Shown here: one piece after another, positions 1-9,935 of the stretch
Layout: every line of letters begins with the position of its first letter
Position numbering within the stretch: position 1 is the first letter of the stretch
Source: Patescibacteria group bacterium
Lineage (GTDB): Bacteria > Patescibacteriota > Patescibacteriia > Buchananbacterales > UBA6539
Length of the DNA stretch: 64,000 bases
Assembly: GCA_041649675.1 (NCBI GenBank)
Contig: JBAZMQ010000005.1
Span: 9,635 to 73,634, forward strand
Direction: 5' to 3'
Notes under the pieces: model-generated
The model's database searches: none
What the model was told of the DNA's origin: nothing
The model's input: only the letters and a program-made list of their open reading frames with translations
Translations under genes and position numbers: made by a program

Positions 1-8
1 TTGGTTTA

Positions 9-1001
9 ATGCTGATTCGCGGCAATGAAGCTGACTGGGTTTGTCAGGATGGCCAGTGGATTATGCACGGCAGACCTAGCGCACCAAGGCCTAATCAGCC
101 CTGCGGCGACAGTAACCAAAATATTAATGACAACCAAAACGTGGGCTTGGCCAATCCCGCATCAGTTTATTGTAATGAACACAACGGAAAATCCGAAATT
201 GAAACTGACGCCGCCGGCGGCCAATTTGGCATCTGCGTTTTTAACGATGGCAGCGCCTGCGACGAATGGGCTTATTTTAGAAACGAATGTCAGAGCGGAA
301 AAAATATAACGGTTTTCTTGCCACAAAAAGACAGTGAAGTTACTCTACCATTCACCGTCAGCGGTTTGGCCAGGGTCTTTGAAAATATCATCAACCTTCG
401 CTTGAAAACTAATGACGGCACCGTACTTTTTGAAGCGTTTGCTACGGCTCAAAGTCCTGACATTGGCCAATTTGGCGAATTTGAAAAAGAAATTGATAAC
501 CTCAAACAATTACCAAACGATCAAGATGTAACACTGGAAGTTTTTTGGTATTCACCCAAAGACGGCACGGAAATTGACAAAGTCAGCCTACCTTTAAAAT
601 TAAACTTGCCTCAAACTACGGCGGTAAAATTATTTTTTACCAATGATAAATTGGACCCACAAATTTCCTGCAATAAAGTTTTTCCCATTCAAAGGTTTAT
701 TGCTAAAACTCCAGCGGTTGGCCAAAAAACTTTGGAGTTACTGCTTGCCGGCCCAACCAAAGATGAAGGCAATCAAGGTTACAGAACAAGTATTAATTCT
801 GGGGTTAAAATTAATAGCTTAAAAATTGAAAACGCTACGGCTTATGCCGATTTTGATGATACTTTGCAAGCTCAAGTTGGCGGTTCCTGCCTGACGGCTG
901 CCATTCGCACTGAAATTACCGAAACCTTAAAACAATTTCCAACGGTAAAAAATGTCGTCATTTCAATTAATGGCGAGAGCGAAACAATTTTGCAGCCTTA
1001 G
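9..1001 (+). CDS. Secreted protein with a DUF333 (putative hemolysin-like) N-terminal domain, a Gmad2 Ig-like domain and a GerMN-like domain. The true start may lie upstream of the window.
   Basis: N-terminal motif NPASVYC...GICVFNDGSACDEWAYFRNEC is typical of DUF333. The C-terminal GerM-like region fits. The ORF begins 8 nt from the window edge. Confidence 0.55.
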   Translation: MLIRGNEADWVCQDGQWIMHGRPSAPRPNQPCGDSNQNINDNQNVGLANPASVYCNEHNGKSEIETDAAGGQFGICVFNDGSACDEWAYFRNECQSGKNITVFLPQKDSEVTLPFTVSGLARVFENIINLRLKTNDGTVLFEAFATAQSPDIGQFGEFEKEIDNLKQLPNDQDVTLEVFWYSPKDGTEIDKVSLPLKLNLPQTTAVKLFFTNDKLDPQISCNKVFPIQRFIAKTPAVGQKTLELLLAGPTKDEGNQGYRTSINSGVKINSLKIENATAYADFDDTLQAQVGGSCLTAAIRTEITETLKQFPTVKNVVISINGESETILQP

Positions 1002-1002
1002 C

Positions 1003-1599
1003 TTATCTCTGTAAAAAATTTTTAACTAATTTTCTTTTTTTACTTAATGAGAGCTGATAATTTTTTTTGCTTTTTAGCCTTTGCCGAGTAATTTCAAAAA
1101 GAATAATAGCCGTGGTGACTGAAACATTCAAACTCTGAACCATACCGCGCATGGGAATATAAATTTTTTCATCAGCCATTTTAGCGGCAAGAGGGGAAAG
1201 CCCGCGATGCTCATTACCGATTAAAATAGCAATTTTTGGCTGATTAAATTTCGCCTTAAATATATCCTTTGCTTCTTGATTAAGCAAAGTAGCGACCAAC
1301 GTAAAACCGTCCTTCTTTAATTTCTGCAAACAAGTTTTAGTCGATTTATAGGTTTGAAAATCTAACCATTTGTTGGCTGTGCTTGATGACGATTTACCAA
1401 TTTTTTTTGGATTGTAATATTTTTCCTGTTCAAAAATAAAGTACACCTGCTGTAAGCCAAAGGCATCGCAGGTCCGCAAAATGGCCGCGGCATTATGCGG
1501 ATCGTGAATATCTTCAAAGACTAAAACCAAACCGCTTTGTCGCAATGAAGCAACACTCTTAATTCGATTTAATCGATTTTTAGTTAGCATAACTTTCAA
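1003..1599 (-). CDS. TrmH/SpoU-family RNA 2'-O-methyltransferase
   Basis: SPOUT motifs present: IAILIGNEHRGLS and VQSLNVSVTTAIILFE. Length is about 198 aa. Confidence 0.85.
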   Translation of the reverse strand: MKVMLTKNRLNRIKSVASLRQSGLVLVFEDIHDPHNAAAILRTCDAFGLQQVYFIFEQEKYYNPKKIGKSSSSTANKWLDFQTYKSTKTCLQKLKKDGFTLVATLLNQEAKDIFKAKFNQPKIAILIGNEHRGLSPLAAKMADEKIYIPMRGMVQSLNVSVTTAIILFEITRQRLKSKKNYQLSLSKKRKLVKNFLQR

Positions 1600-1898
1600 T
1601 TTAGCTTGATTTTTATCTCTCTTTACTATATAATTAACCCGACCCCACCCTAAAGATACCGGGGTGTTGGGGCGGGTTTTAATGCATAGAGTCGGCTCCC
1701 CGCCTGCCTGCGCCTTAGTAATTTACTTGAAAATAATATTTAGGATGAATTAAGCTAATTTATTTACTAAAAACATAAGGACGGCATGGCGGGCAGGCGC
1801 CGACGATTATTACTCATACTGCCATTCATAAATGAATGGCAACAACATTATAACATATTAGAGTTCTTTGGTAACTAACTCATAACTAATCAAGCAAT

Positions 1899-2135
1899 AT
1901 GGGAAAAATCTCACGATCACTACGACACTCGGCTATCTCAATGAAAAAGAAGCAAAAACACAAAATTGCTGCTTTGCGCAATCATTATTCTTTGGCTAAA
2001 ACTGAGTTAGACAAAAAGGCGATTATTGAAAAGGCCTTAAGAATTAACCCTTTTTTATCCAAAGAATCATTTTTGGCTGCCATAAAAGATACGGTAGCAA
2101 AAATAGTAAAAAAGAAGCCGCTTGGCCAAGTATAA
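1899..2135 (+). CDS. Hypothetical small basic protein
   Basis: A 78-aa ORF with no SD and no recognisable motif. Confidence 0.3.
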   Translation: MGKISRSLRHSAISMKKKQKHKIAALRNHYSLAKTELDKKAIIEKALRINPFLSKESFLAAIKDTVAKIVKKKPLGQV

Positions 2136-2168
2136 CAAAAAGACTCAAATTTTTAAGCAACTAATACC

Positions 2169-3182
2169 GTGGATTTATCAAGGGTTGAAACAGTCCTAAA
2201 ACCTTATCCTGCTTTTCGTTTAAAGCAGGTTAATTTTGCTGTCTTTAAAAATTTAATTGAATCTTGGGATCAAGTAACCAACTTACCCAAAGACATTCTG
2301 GCCTTACTAAAAAAAGAAATTCCTTTGGAAATTAAGGCAGAAATCCAAAAATCAACTGACAACAAAACAATCAAAGCGGCAATAACTTTAGAAGATAATC
2401 AAATTATTGAAGCGGTGTTAATGCGTCATTCAGATAGCCGCAATACAGTTTGTGTTTCCAGCCAAGTCGGCTGCCCATTGGCTTGCGAATTTTGCGCTAC
2501 CGGCAAATTGGGTTTTAAACGAATTATGACCGCTCAAGAAATTATTGAGCCCGTACTATTATTCAGCCGCTGGCTAAAAAAAGAGGGCCAGCGAGTTGAT
2601 AATATTGTTTTTATGGGTATGGGCGAACCGTTTTTAAACTATGACGAGGTTTTAAAAGCCGTTAGAATTTTAAACGATAATGATAAATTTGGCATCGGCG
2701 CCAGACACATATCAATTTCCACCGCTGGCATTATTGAAGGTATTAAAAAACTGGCTGAAGAAAATCTTCAACTAAATTTGGCCATCTCACTTCATGCACC
2801 AAACGACATTGTGCGTCAAAAAATTATGCCAGTTGCCAAACAATATCCGATTAAAAAACTATTACCCGTCGTTTCTGACTATATTAAAAAGACTAACCGG
2901 CGAGTAATGATTGAGTATTTGATGCTGAAAGATATTAATGATTCACCTAGCCAAGCCAGGGAATTGGCAAAAATTCTCAAACAACAATTGCATCGATTAT
3001 TTTTTGTGAATTTAATTTCCTATAATGACACAAAACAATTTAAGCCGTCTTTACCAAAAACCATCAAGGAATTTAAATCCATTTTGGAAAAAGAAGGTTT
3101 AACGGTAATTCAGCGTTATCGATTTGGTTCGGAAATTGATGGCGCCTGCGGCCAACTGGCAGCGAAATTAAAAAATAACTAA
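2169..3182 (+). CDS. rlmN: 23S rRNA (adenine2503-C2)/tRNA methyltransferase RlmN, a radical SAM enzyme
   Basis: Has the CPLACEFCATG radical-SAM cluster motif, the GMGEP motif and the C-terminal ACGQL motif. Length 337 aa. Confidence 0.9.
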   Translation: MDLSRVETVLKPYPAFRLKQVNFAVFKNLIESWDQVTNLPKDILALLKKEIPLEIKAEIQKSTDNKTIKAAITLEDNQIIEAVLMRHSDSRNTVCVSSQVGCPLACEFCATGKLGFKRIMTAQEIIEPVLLFSRWLKKEGQRVDNIVFMGMGEPFLNYDEVLKAVRILNDNDKFGIGARHISISTAGIIEGIKKLAEENLQLNLAISLHAPNDIVRQKIMPVAKQYPIKKLLPVVSDYIKKTNRRVMIEYLMLKDINDSPSQARELAKILKQQLHRLFFVNLISYNDTKQFKPSLPKTIKEFKSILEKEGLTVIQRYRFGSEIDGACGQLAAKLKNN

Positions 3183-3188
3183 AAAATT

Positions 3189-3461
3189 ATGACGAGCAAA
3201 AAAACTTTTACCGCCCAACAAGCTCAAGAAATCGGCAAACAGCTGGGCATTGATTGGTCAAAATTTGACGTTGAGCAATTTCGAATGGGTATGGATGTTG
3301 AGCTTGAGCATGGCACTATAGATCAAAATACTAATGTTACTAATGATGACCCCTTGCCAACGGGTAAAATTGCCTTGGCCCACCTTAATGAAATTCGCGA
3401 TTATTACACCCGCCTAGCAATAATGGAAAAAGCAGGTGAAGCTTATTGGGAAGGAAAATAA
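3189..3461 (+). CDS. Conserved hypothetical small protein
   Basis: A 90-aa ORF tightly following rlmN. Carries a GMDVELEHG motif of the kind seen in small phage/CPR DUF proteins. Function unknown. Confidence 0.45.
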   Translation: MTSKKTFTAQQAQEIGKQLGIDWSKFDVEQFRMGMDVELEHGTIDQNTNVTNDDPLPTGKIALAHLNEIRDYYTRLAIMEKAGEAYWEGK

Positions 3462-3564
3462 TGATACCTACCAAAAGTCGCCAGCCTTGGCGATTTTTGG
3501 TATAATACAAATAAGGTGAGAAAAATAAAAAATCAATGAACAAAGTAATTATTAAATAAAAATT

Positions 3565-3987
3565 ATGTTTAAAAAATCAATTTTATTAGCAACAGGCCTG
3601 ATAACCTTAATGGTTGTCACTGGCTGTGGTAAAGCCAATGTCACACCAACTAATCCTACTCAACAGGGGACAGTACCAATAGATAACTCAATCAAGGTAA
3701 ACCTGGGTACGAATCAACCACCAGCCAAAATTCAAGGTGAATTAAAAAATGTAACAATTAACAACCTGGCGTTTGAACCCAATAAATTAGAAATCAAAGT
3801 CGGCGAAACTGTAAAATGGACTAATCAGGACTCAGTTTCACACACGGTCATTGGTGGACCAGATTGGCAAAGCAATCCCTTGAACACCGGCGAATCTTTC
3901 TACTACACTTTTACCCAGACTGGAACTTATAATTATCATTGCTCAATCCATCCTTCAATGAAGGGAACAATAACTGTCAGCCAATAA
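3565..3987 (+). CDS. Cupredoxin (pseudoazurin/plastocyanin-like blue copper) lipoprotein
   Basis: Lipobox LMVVTGCG. Copper ligands H...C-x2-H-x2-M (YNYHCSIHPSMKG) and an upstream His (SHTVIGG). Confidence 0.7.
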   Translation: MFKKSILLATGLITLMVVTGCGKANVTPTNPTQQGTVPIDNSIKVNLGTNQPPAKIQGELKNVTINNLAFEPNKLEIKVGETVKWTNQDSVSHTVIGGPDWQSNPLNTGESFYYTFTQTGTYNYHCSIHPSMKGTITVSQ

Positions 3988-4030
3988 ATATCAATAAAAA
4001 AAGCTCTGGCCCTAGCCAAGGCTTTTTTTA

Positions 4031-5494
4031 TTGATTAAATTCGGGTATAATAGGACTATGGCCAAACCAAATTTAGCTAAAAATACGACTTATTTTACCG
4101 CGGCGCTGACTTTTCAAAAAGTCCTTTCTTTTATTTATTTTTGGTTTGTTTCCAACCATTTATTCCCCAATGAACTGGGCCAATATATCTTTGCCCTTTC
4201 ATTTACTACCTTGTTTTCCATTTTTATTGATTTAGGGCTATCACCGGTATTAACCAGGGAAGCAGCTAAAGACACTAACCAAGCGAACAGCTACTTAAAA
4301 AATGTTTTAGGCTTAAAAATACCTTTGGCAATAATAACCATGATTGCGGTTTGGTTATTTATTAATATTACCAACAAACCGCCCGAAGTCCGCTTATTGG
4401 TTTACCTAGCCAGTATTGTAATGTTACTTGATTCGTTCTCTTTGACTTTTTGGATGATCTTTCGCTCCCGGCATAATTTAAAGTATGAAAGTATTGCCAC
4501 AACTTTAATTCAAATTATTATTTTTAGCTTAGGTATTATTGCCTTAAAAACTACGGGTAAAGTTTCACATTTAGTTTTAGCCTTATTGGCCGCCAGTATT
4601 TTTAACTCTTTACTCTCGGTTAGTCTTTTGAAGTTTAAGCTAAAATTTTCTCTAAGACCCCAATATAATTCTGAGATTATTGGTAAATTTTTAAAAATTA
4701 TGCCGGCCTTTGCTTTGGCTGGAATTTTTGTCAAAATCTACAACACTTCCGATTCAGTCCTATTGAGCTATTTGGGATCAGATACAGCCGTTGGCTTTTT
4801 TGCCGTTCCGGCAAAAGTGGTTTATGCTTTTCAACAAGTAATTCCGGCAGCATTTTCCGCTGCAATTTTTCCGGCTTTTGCTTATTATTATGCCACCTCC
4901 AAAGAACAGTTAGAAAAAACTTTTGAGAGAGCATTTGCTTATCTAACAATAATCAGTTTTCCTTTAACGGTTGGCTTGATCGTTTTGATTCCGCAAATAA
5001 TTACCGTCATTTGGCCAAAATATTACAGCGTGATTCCTTGTTTTTATATTATGACCCTGGCAATTCCTTTCATTTTTTTAGCTTTTCCCACTGGCTATTT
5101 GCTCAATGCCTGCGACCGGCAAAACAACACTACAATCAATCGGGGAATTATTACTGCCCTGGCTGTGATCTTAAATATTATTTTAATCCCGAAATTCAGC
5201 TTTCTGGGAGCGGGTATTACTTTTTTAATTACCAATCTGGTTTTATTATTTTTAGATTTTCACTGGGTCAGAAAGATTATTCCTTTGTCCTACAAAATTT
5301 TAGGCAGCATTATATTAAAGTCTTTGGCTGCTAGCATTGTCATGGCTCTAATAATAATCTTTGCCCGGCCTTATTTTAATTTATTCCTTTTGGCCCCGCT
5401 AGGCGTTTTAATCTATTTTGCCAGTCTTTATTTGCTTAAAGGATTTACTCTAAGCGAAATCACTGATTTGGCCAAAAGGGGATTAGGCCAATAA
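4031..5494 (+). CDS. Polysaccharide biosynthesis flippase (MOP superfamily, Wzx/MurJ-like)
   Basis: A 487-aa polytopic membrane protein with the PF01943-type layout. It sits next to GT4 and GT2 genes. Confidence 0.8.
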   Translation: MIKFGYNRTMAKPNLAKNTTYFTAALTFQKVLSFIYFWFVSNHLFPNELGQYIFALSFTTLFSIFIDLGLSPVLTREAAKDTNQANSYLKNVLGLKIPLAIITMIAVWLFINITNKPPEVRLLVYLASIVMLLDSFSLTFWMIFRSRHNLKYESIATTLIQIIIFSLGIIALKTTGKVSHLVLALLAASIFNSLLSVSLLKFKLKFSLRPQYNSEIIGKFLKIMPAFALAGIFVKIYNTSDSVLLSYLGSDTAVGFFAVPAKVVYAFQQVIPAAFSAAIFPAFAYYYATSKEQLEKTFERAFAYLTIISFPLTVGLIVLIPQIITVIWPKYYSVIPCFYIMTLAIPFIFLAFPTGYLLNACDRQNNTTINRGIITALAVILNIILIPKFSFLGAGITFLITNLVLLFLDFHWVRKIIPLSYKILGSIILKSLAASIVMALIIIFARPYFNLFLLAPLGVLIYFASLYLLKGFTLSEITDLAKRGLGQ

Positions 5495-5499
5495 ACACT

Positions 5500-6687
5500 A
5501 TGCCAAACGAACTAAAAAAAAGTCTTTTAATAACTCTGGATTTCCCGCCGCGTTTGGGCGGGGTGGCAACTTATTATCACAGTGTCTGTAAAAATTTACC
5601 GGCTGATAAAATCGTGGTTTTAGCTCCCAAGCAAGAAGGCGCAGAATCTTTTGATCAGGCCCAAAACTTCACTATCATTAGAAAAAAAATGCTTGGTCAA
5701 TTTCCAGAAGTTTGGCCAAAAAGTTTAGGTGGAATTATTAAAATAATTTCTCGAATCAAATGGCTTTCAATTATCCGGCATTTAGCTTCGGTGGCAAAAA
5801 CTCATAAAATTGAGATTATCCAGGCCGGCCAAATTTTACCGCTTGGCACTTTGGCTTGGCTCTTTTGGCGGCGCAAAAAAATCCCTTATATTTTTTATGC
5901 TCACGGTTTAGATATCACTTTGCCGCAACGGTTCATGCGAAAAAAAACTTTGCTTAAAAAAATAATTGTTAACGCCAAAGGAATGGTTGCCAACAGTTAC
6001 TTTACCAAAGACGAACTGGTTAAGCTGGGGGCTGACTCAAAAAAAATTATTGTGGTTTACCCTTGCCCGAACCTTGAACTGCAACAAGTCTCTGAAACAG
6101 AAACAGCAAAAATTATTAATGACTATGGTTTAAAAAATAAAAAAATTCTTTTGACCGTTGGCCGGCTGGTAGAAAGAAAAGGTCATGATCTGACAATAAA
6201 ATCTCTACCTAAAATCATCAAGCAGGTACCTAATGTTGTCTACCTAATCGTTGGCAGCGGACCTAGGGAAAAATATCTTAAGGATTTGACTGTTCAAAGC
6301 GGCTTAAGCGAACATGTTCAATTTATTGGAGCAGTTGATCAAAAAAAATTAGCCGCGCTCTACCAGGTTTGTGATGCTTTCATTATGCCTTCGCGGCAGC
6401 TGGCTAACGGCGATGTTGAAGGTTTTGGCATTGTTTATTTGGAAGCCAATCTGTTTGGCAAACCGGCAATTGGCGGGAAAAGCGGGGGAGTACCCGAAGC
6501 AATTGTTGACGGCAAAACCGGCTTACTAGTTGATCCTAACAGCGTTAATGAAATTGCTTTGGCGGCAATAAAATTATTAACTGACCCAGCCTATGCTGAA
6601 CGTTTAGGCTTGCAGGGACTGGAACGGGTAAGCAACGAATTTAATTGGTTTAGCCAAACGGCAAAAATTAAATCTCTTTTGAACTGA
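5500..6687 (+). CDS. Glycosyltransferase family 4 (GT-B, group 1)
   Basis: C-terminal motif EGFGIVYLEANLFGKPAIGGKSGGVPEAIVDGKTGLLVD. Confidence 0.85.
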   Translation: MPNELKKSLLITLDFPPRLGGVATYYHSVCKNLPADKIVVLAPKQEGAESFDQAQNFTIIRKKMLGQFPEVWPKSLGGIIKIISRIKWLSIIRHLASVAKTHKIEIIQAGQILPLGTLAWLFWRRKKIPYIFYAHGLDITLPQRFMRKKTLLKKIIVNAKGMVANSYFTKDELVKLGADSKKIIVVYPCPNLELQQVSETETAKIINDYGLKNKKILLTVGRLVERKGHDLTIKSLPKIIKQVPNVVYLIVGSGPREKYLKDLTVQSGLSEHVQFIGAVDQKKLAALYQVCDAFIMPSRQLANGDVEGFGIVYLEANLFGKPAIGGKSGGVPEAIVDGKTGLLVDPNSVNEIALAAIKLLTDPAYAERLGLQGLERVSNEFNWFSQTAKIKSLLN

Positions 6688-6688
6688 T

Positions 6689-7366
6689 ATGCCCCAAATT
6701 AGCATTATTATCCCGGTTTATAACGCCCAAAAAACTTTGGAAAAATGTCTGCAAAGTATTTTTAGCCAGACTTTAAATGATTTTGAAATAATTGCCATTA
6801 ATGATGGTTCAACTGACGCCAGCTTAAAAATTTTAGAAAATTACCAAGCTAAAATTAAGATTATCAGCCAGACCAACCAAGGCGCGCCAATAGCTAGAAA
6901 TAACGGGGCTAAAGTAGCTAATGGTGATTATTTAATTTTTTGCGATGCCGACATTATAATGATGCCAACGATGTTGGAGCTGATGCTTAAAACCTTACAA
7001 TCATATGCCAAAGCGTCTTATTGCTATTCTGACTTTAAATTTGGCTTTAAGACTTTTAAACTCTGGCCGTTTGACGAAAATAAACTTAAACAAATTCCTT
7101 ATATCCATACCACTTCACTAATTAAAAAAGAACATTTCCCCGGATTTGATCCAAGCTTAAAACGTTTCCAAGATTGGGATTTGTGGTTAACAATGTTAGA
7201 ACAAGGCCACAAAGGACAGTATCTGGCCCAAACTTTATTTACAATCAAATCGGGCGGCTCCATGAGCCAATGGTTGCCAAAATTTCTTTATAACTTTCCC
7301 TGGCTTAAACGAGTTAAAGAATACAATTTGGCGAAAAAAATTATTAAAGACAAACATCATTTATGA
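6689..7366 (+). CDS. Glycosyltransferase family 2
   Basis: N-terminus IIIPVYNAQKTLEKCL...INDGSTDAS. The TGA stop overlaps the next ATG (ATGA). Confidence 0.8.
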   Translation: MPQISIIIPVYNAQKTLEKCLQSIFSQTLNDFEIIAINDGSTDASLKILENYQAKIKIISQTNQGAPIARNNGAKVANGDYLIFCDADIIMMPTMLELMLKTLQSYAKASYCYSDFKFGFKTFKLWPFDENKLKQIPYIHTTSLIKKEHFPGFDPSLKRFQDWDLWLTMLEQGHKGQYLAQTLFTIKSGGSMSQWLPKFLYNFPWLKRVKEYNLAKKIIKDKHHL

Positions 7367-7815
7367 ATAAACCAATTGCTAAACAATTTTTTTATGTTTC
7401 GCTTAAAATTTTGTTGCAAAACAACAAAGGCCAATTTCTAATTTTAAAAACTCCAAAAGCGACCAGTGAGTTTAAGGGTTATTACGACTTAGCTGGTGGA
7501 ACAATTGATTCAAATGAACTTAAAACCGATTTTGCTAAAATAATCAAAAGAGAAGTAACCGAAGAAATTGGCCTAAAAGTAAGATATAAGTTGCAGCTTC
7601 ATCCGCTGGCAATTTCAAAATATAAATTCAGTTCCGGCCGCTGCCGATTTTATATTCTTTTTAAAGCAAAATATCTAGATGGCGATATAAAAATTTCAAA
7701 AGAGCATACAAAATATTGCTGGAAAAAATTAAACAAAAATAACATTAAAAAATTATTTCATCCCTCTTTAGAGAAATTACTTAAAAATTATTTTAGCGGG
7801 AATAAACACCGCTAG
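7363..7815 (+). CDS. NUDIX hydrolase
   Basis: Nudix box GGTIDSNE...REVTEEIGL. Confidence 0.7.
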   Translation: MNKPIAKQFFYVSLKILLQNNKGQFLILKTPKATSEFKGYYDLAGGTIDSNELKTDFAKIIKREVTEEIGLKVRYKLQLHPLAISKYKFSSGRCRFYILFKAKYLDGDIKISKEHTKYCWKKLNKNNIKKLFHPSLEKLLKNYFSGNKHR

Positions 7816-7857
7816 TTTCCTAGCGCCTAACTTCCTAATTCCTAACACCCGAACCAA

Positions 7858-8535
7858 ATGATGCGTTTACAAAAATTTATCGCTACTGCCGGTATTGCTT
7901 CTCGCCGCCAAGCCGAAGAACTGATTATTGAAGGTAAAGTTGAGGTTAATGGTAAAATAGTTGATAAACTCGGCACCATCGTTGATGAAGACAATGACGA
8001 GATAAAATATAACGGTAAAATCTTAAAATTGACCGATGACAAAACTTATATTGCTCTAAATAAACCGGTTGGCTATATTAGCAGCGCTAGCACTGAACAA
8101 GGAAAGTCGGTTTTAGATTTGGTTAAAACAAAAAAAAGAATCTATCCCGTTGGCCGGCTTGACAAAGAATCAAGCGGTCTACTGATTTTAACTAATGACG
8201 GGGAATTTGCTAATTTACTGACTCATCCGCGTTACAGTTGTCATAAAGAATATTTTGTCGTTTTAGATCAAGACTTGAAACCAGCGGATATTAAAAAATT
8301 AGAATCTGGCCTGATGCTTGAGGGTAAAAGATTAGCCCCAGTCAAAGTATTGATGGCTAAAAACAAATCCTGCCGCTTAGTTCTACAACAAGGAATAAAC
8401 CGCCAAATCCGCCGAATGCTTGGAAATCTTGGTTATACCGTGATAAAATTAAAACGGATTAAAATCGGCAAACTGGAACTGGGTGATTTGGCCGAAGGCA
8501 AGACAAAAAAAATTAAAAAAGAAGATGTAATGTGA
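7858..8535 (+). CDS. rluB: rRNA pseudouridine synthase of the RsuA/RluB family
   Basis: S4 domain (RLQKFIATAGIASRRQAEELI) and catalytic VGRLDKESSGLLILTNDG. Confidence 0.85.
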   Translation: MMRLQKFIATAGIASRRQAEELIIEGKVEVNGKIVDKLGTIVDEDNDEIKYNGKILKLTDDKTYIALNKPVGYISSASTEQGKSVLDLVKTKKRIYPVGRLDKESSGLLILTNDGEFANLLTHPRYSCHKEYFVVLDQDLKPADIKKLESGLMLEGKRLAPVKVLMAKNKSCRLVLQQGINRQIRRMLGNLGYTVIKLKRIKIGKLELGDLAEGKTKKIKKEDVM

Positions 8536-8724
8536 AAATAAATCTCAAATGACAAATTACAAGATCCAAACAAATTTCAAATCACAATTTTCAAAGTCCA
8601 AACGTTGGGCCTATCGTTTTAGCACTTGGAATTTTGAATTTCGTCATTGATGCTTGTTTGGAATTTGAGATTTGTAATTTGTTTAGAAATTAGAAATTAG
8701 GATTTAGAAATTTGTTTTTTAATT
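8536..8724 (+). repeat. Large imperfect palindrome of about 140 nt plus tandem ttagaaattag units in an intergenic region
   Basis: Arm aaatctcaaatgacaaattacaag pairs with cttgtaatttgtagagtttaaag-like tttgagatttgtaatttg. Motifs are shared with elements at 19.6 kb and 59.1 kb. Confidence 0.6.
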
Positions 8725-9501
8725 ATGCCTGACTTAAGCATCATCATCGTTTCCTGGAACGTCAAAAATTATCTAGAAAAATGTTTGGCTTCGATTTTTC
8801 GCAACCAGCTTGGTTCAAATTTGGAAGTAATCGTGGTTGATAATGCTTCAACCGATGGTACAACCGAAATGGTAAAAAATAATTTCACCCAAGTTAAATT
8901 AATTACCAACGAAACTAATTTAGGATTTGCCACGGCCAATAATCAAGGTATTTTGGCCAGCCGAAGTGATTTTATTTTGGCCTTAAATCCTGATACTGAA
9001 ATTCTAAACGATGCTTTACAAAAAAGTTTGGAGTTTATGAAAAAGAATGCCCAAATCGGAATTTTAGGCTGCAAACATTTAAATCCCGACTGGACCCTGC
9101 AACCATCGGTTCGGCGCTTACCGAATTTTTGGGCCATATTTTTTATTATCACCAAGCTGGCAAAAATATTTCCTGACATGCCACCAATTTACGACTACTT
9201 AGCCAAAGACTTTGATTACAAGCTGGCCCAGCCCGCTGAACAAGTAGCCGGATCATTTTTTTTACTCCGCAAAAAAACCATTGATGAAATCGGTTTATTT
9301 GACGAAAACTTTTTTACCTGGTTTGAAGAAGTGGATATGTGTAAACGCGCCAAAGATGCTGGCTGGCAAGTTTGGTATTATCCCGAAGCCCAAATTGTTC
9401 ATCATGGCGGCCAAAGTTTCATTCAGGAGCTGACTTGGAAAAAACAAAACGTTTTCTTTGCCAGCGCCTTTTATTATTTTAAAAAGCATGGATTCAAATA
9501 A
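8725..9501 (+). CDS. Glycosyltransferase family 2
   Basis: LSIIIVSWNVKNYLEKCL...VVDNASTDGT and a downstream DxD-like region. Confidence 0.8.
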   Translation: MPDLSIIIVSWNVKNYLEKCLASIFRNQLGSNLEVIVVDNASTDGTTEMVKNNFTQVKLITNETNLGFATANNQGILASRSDFILALNPDTEILNDALQKSLEFMKKNAQIGILGCKHLNPDWTLQPSVRRLPNFWAIFFIITKLAKIFPDMPPIYDYLAKDFDYKLAQPAEQVAGSFFLLRKKTIDEIGLFDENFFTWFEEVDMCKRAKDAGWQVWYYPEAQIVHHGGQSFIQELTWKKQNVFFASAFYYFKKHGFK

Positions 9502-9605
9502 TGGCTTAATTCTACAAGAAAGTCGTTAAAATAAACAAATTTTATCAACAGCCTTAAATTCTAAGGTTATTTTTTTACCTTAAATTAGATAAAAAATAAT
9601 AAACC

Positions 9606-9634
9606 TTGACTTTTTGACCAAAACGATTTATTAT
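9606..9634 (+). promoter_or_regulatory. Sigma70-type promoter: TTGACT, 17-nt spacer, TATTAT
   Basis: Direct sequence match. It sits about 300 nt upstream of the 9936 ORF, ahead of a structured leader. Confidence 0.55.
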
Positions 9635-9702
9635 AAAAACAATCAAATTGTGGCTGGAAGCTTAGGGTGCTTGGCAAGACCTTGTTTTGCCAGAAATACC
9701 TA

Positions 9703-9744
9703 AGCTTCAGCAGTGGCTTAATGAGCTTCAGCAGTGGCTTAATG
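9703..9744 (+). repeat. Perfect tandem direct repeat, two copies of 21 nt (agcttcagcagtggcttaatg), inside the leader
   Basis: Seen directly. It is preceded by the nested inverted repeats gaagcttagg...cctaagcttc (9657-9706). Confidence 0.8.
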
Positions 9745-9799
9745 AGAATTTGCATCTAACCAACTGATGGGGTGAAACGGAAAGGAGGACACCATCAAA

Positions 9800-9835
9800 A
9801 TGCAAAGTCTTATTGGTCAAGGCAAAAAGTCTTAA
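9800..9835 (+). CDS. Candidate 10-codon upstream ORF (MQSLIGQGKKS) with a strong SD
   Basis: GGAAAGGAGGA lies 7 nt upstream of the ATG. It sits in the leader of the 9936 gene. Confidence 0.25.
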   Translation: MQSLIGQGKKS

Positions 9836-9935
9836 TTAAGACACAACACAAAAAGAGACGAGACAAGTTGTTCCAATTGCAATTGGGTGTGGTAAGCTGT
9901 CGCCAAGAAGGTGATGACTGCCACGAAACCGTGAA

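Noticed and set aside
4510-5334. ORFs nested inside the flippase gene (4510-4734 -, 4731-4949 -, 5011-5334 +)
   Set aside because: They lie within or in alternative frames of a well-supported 487-aa membrane-protein CDS. Their compositions are low-complexity.
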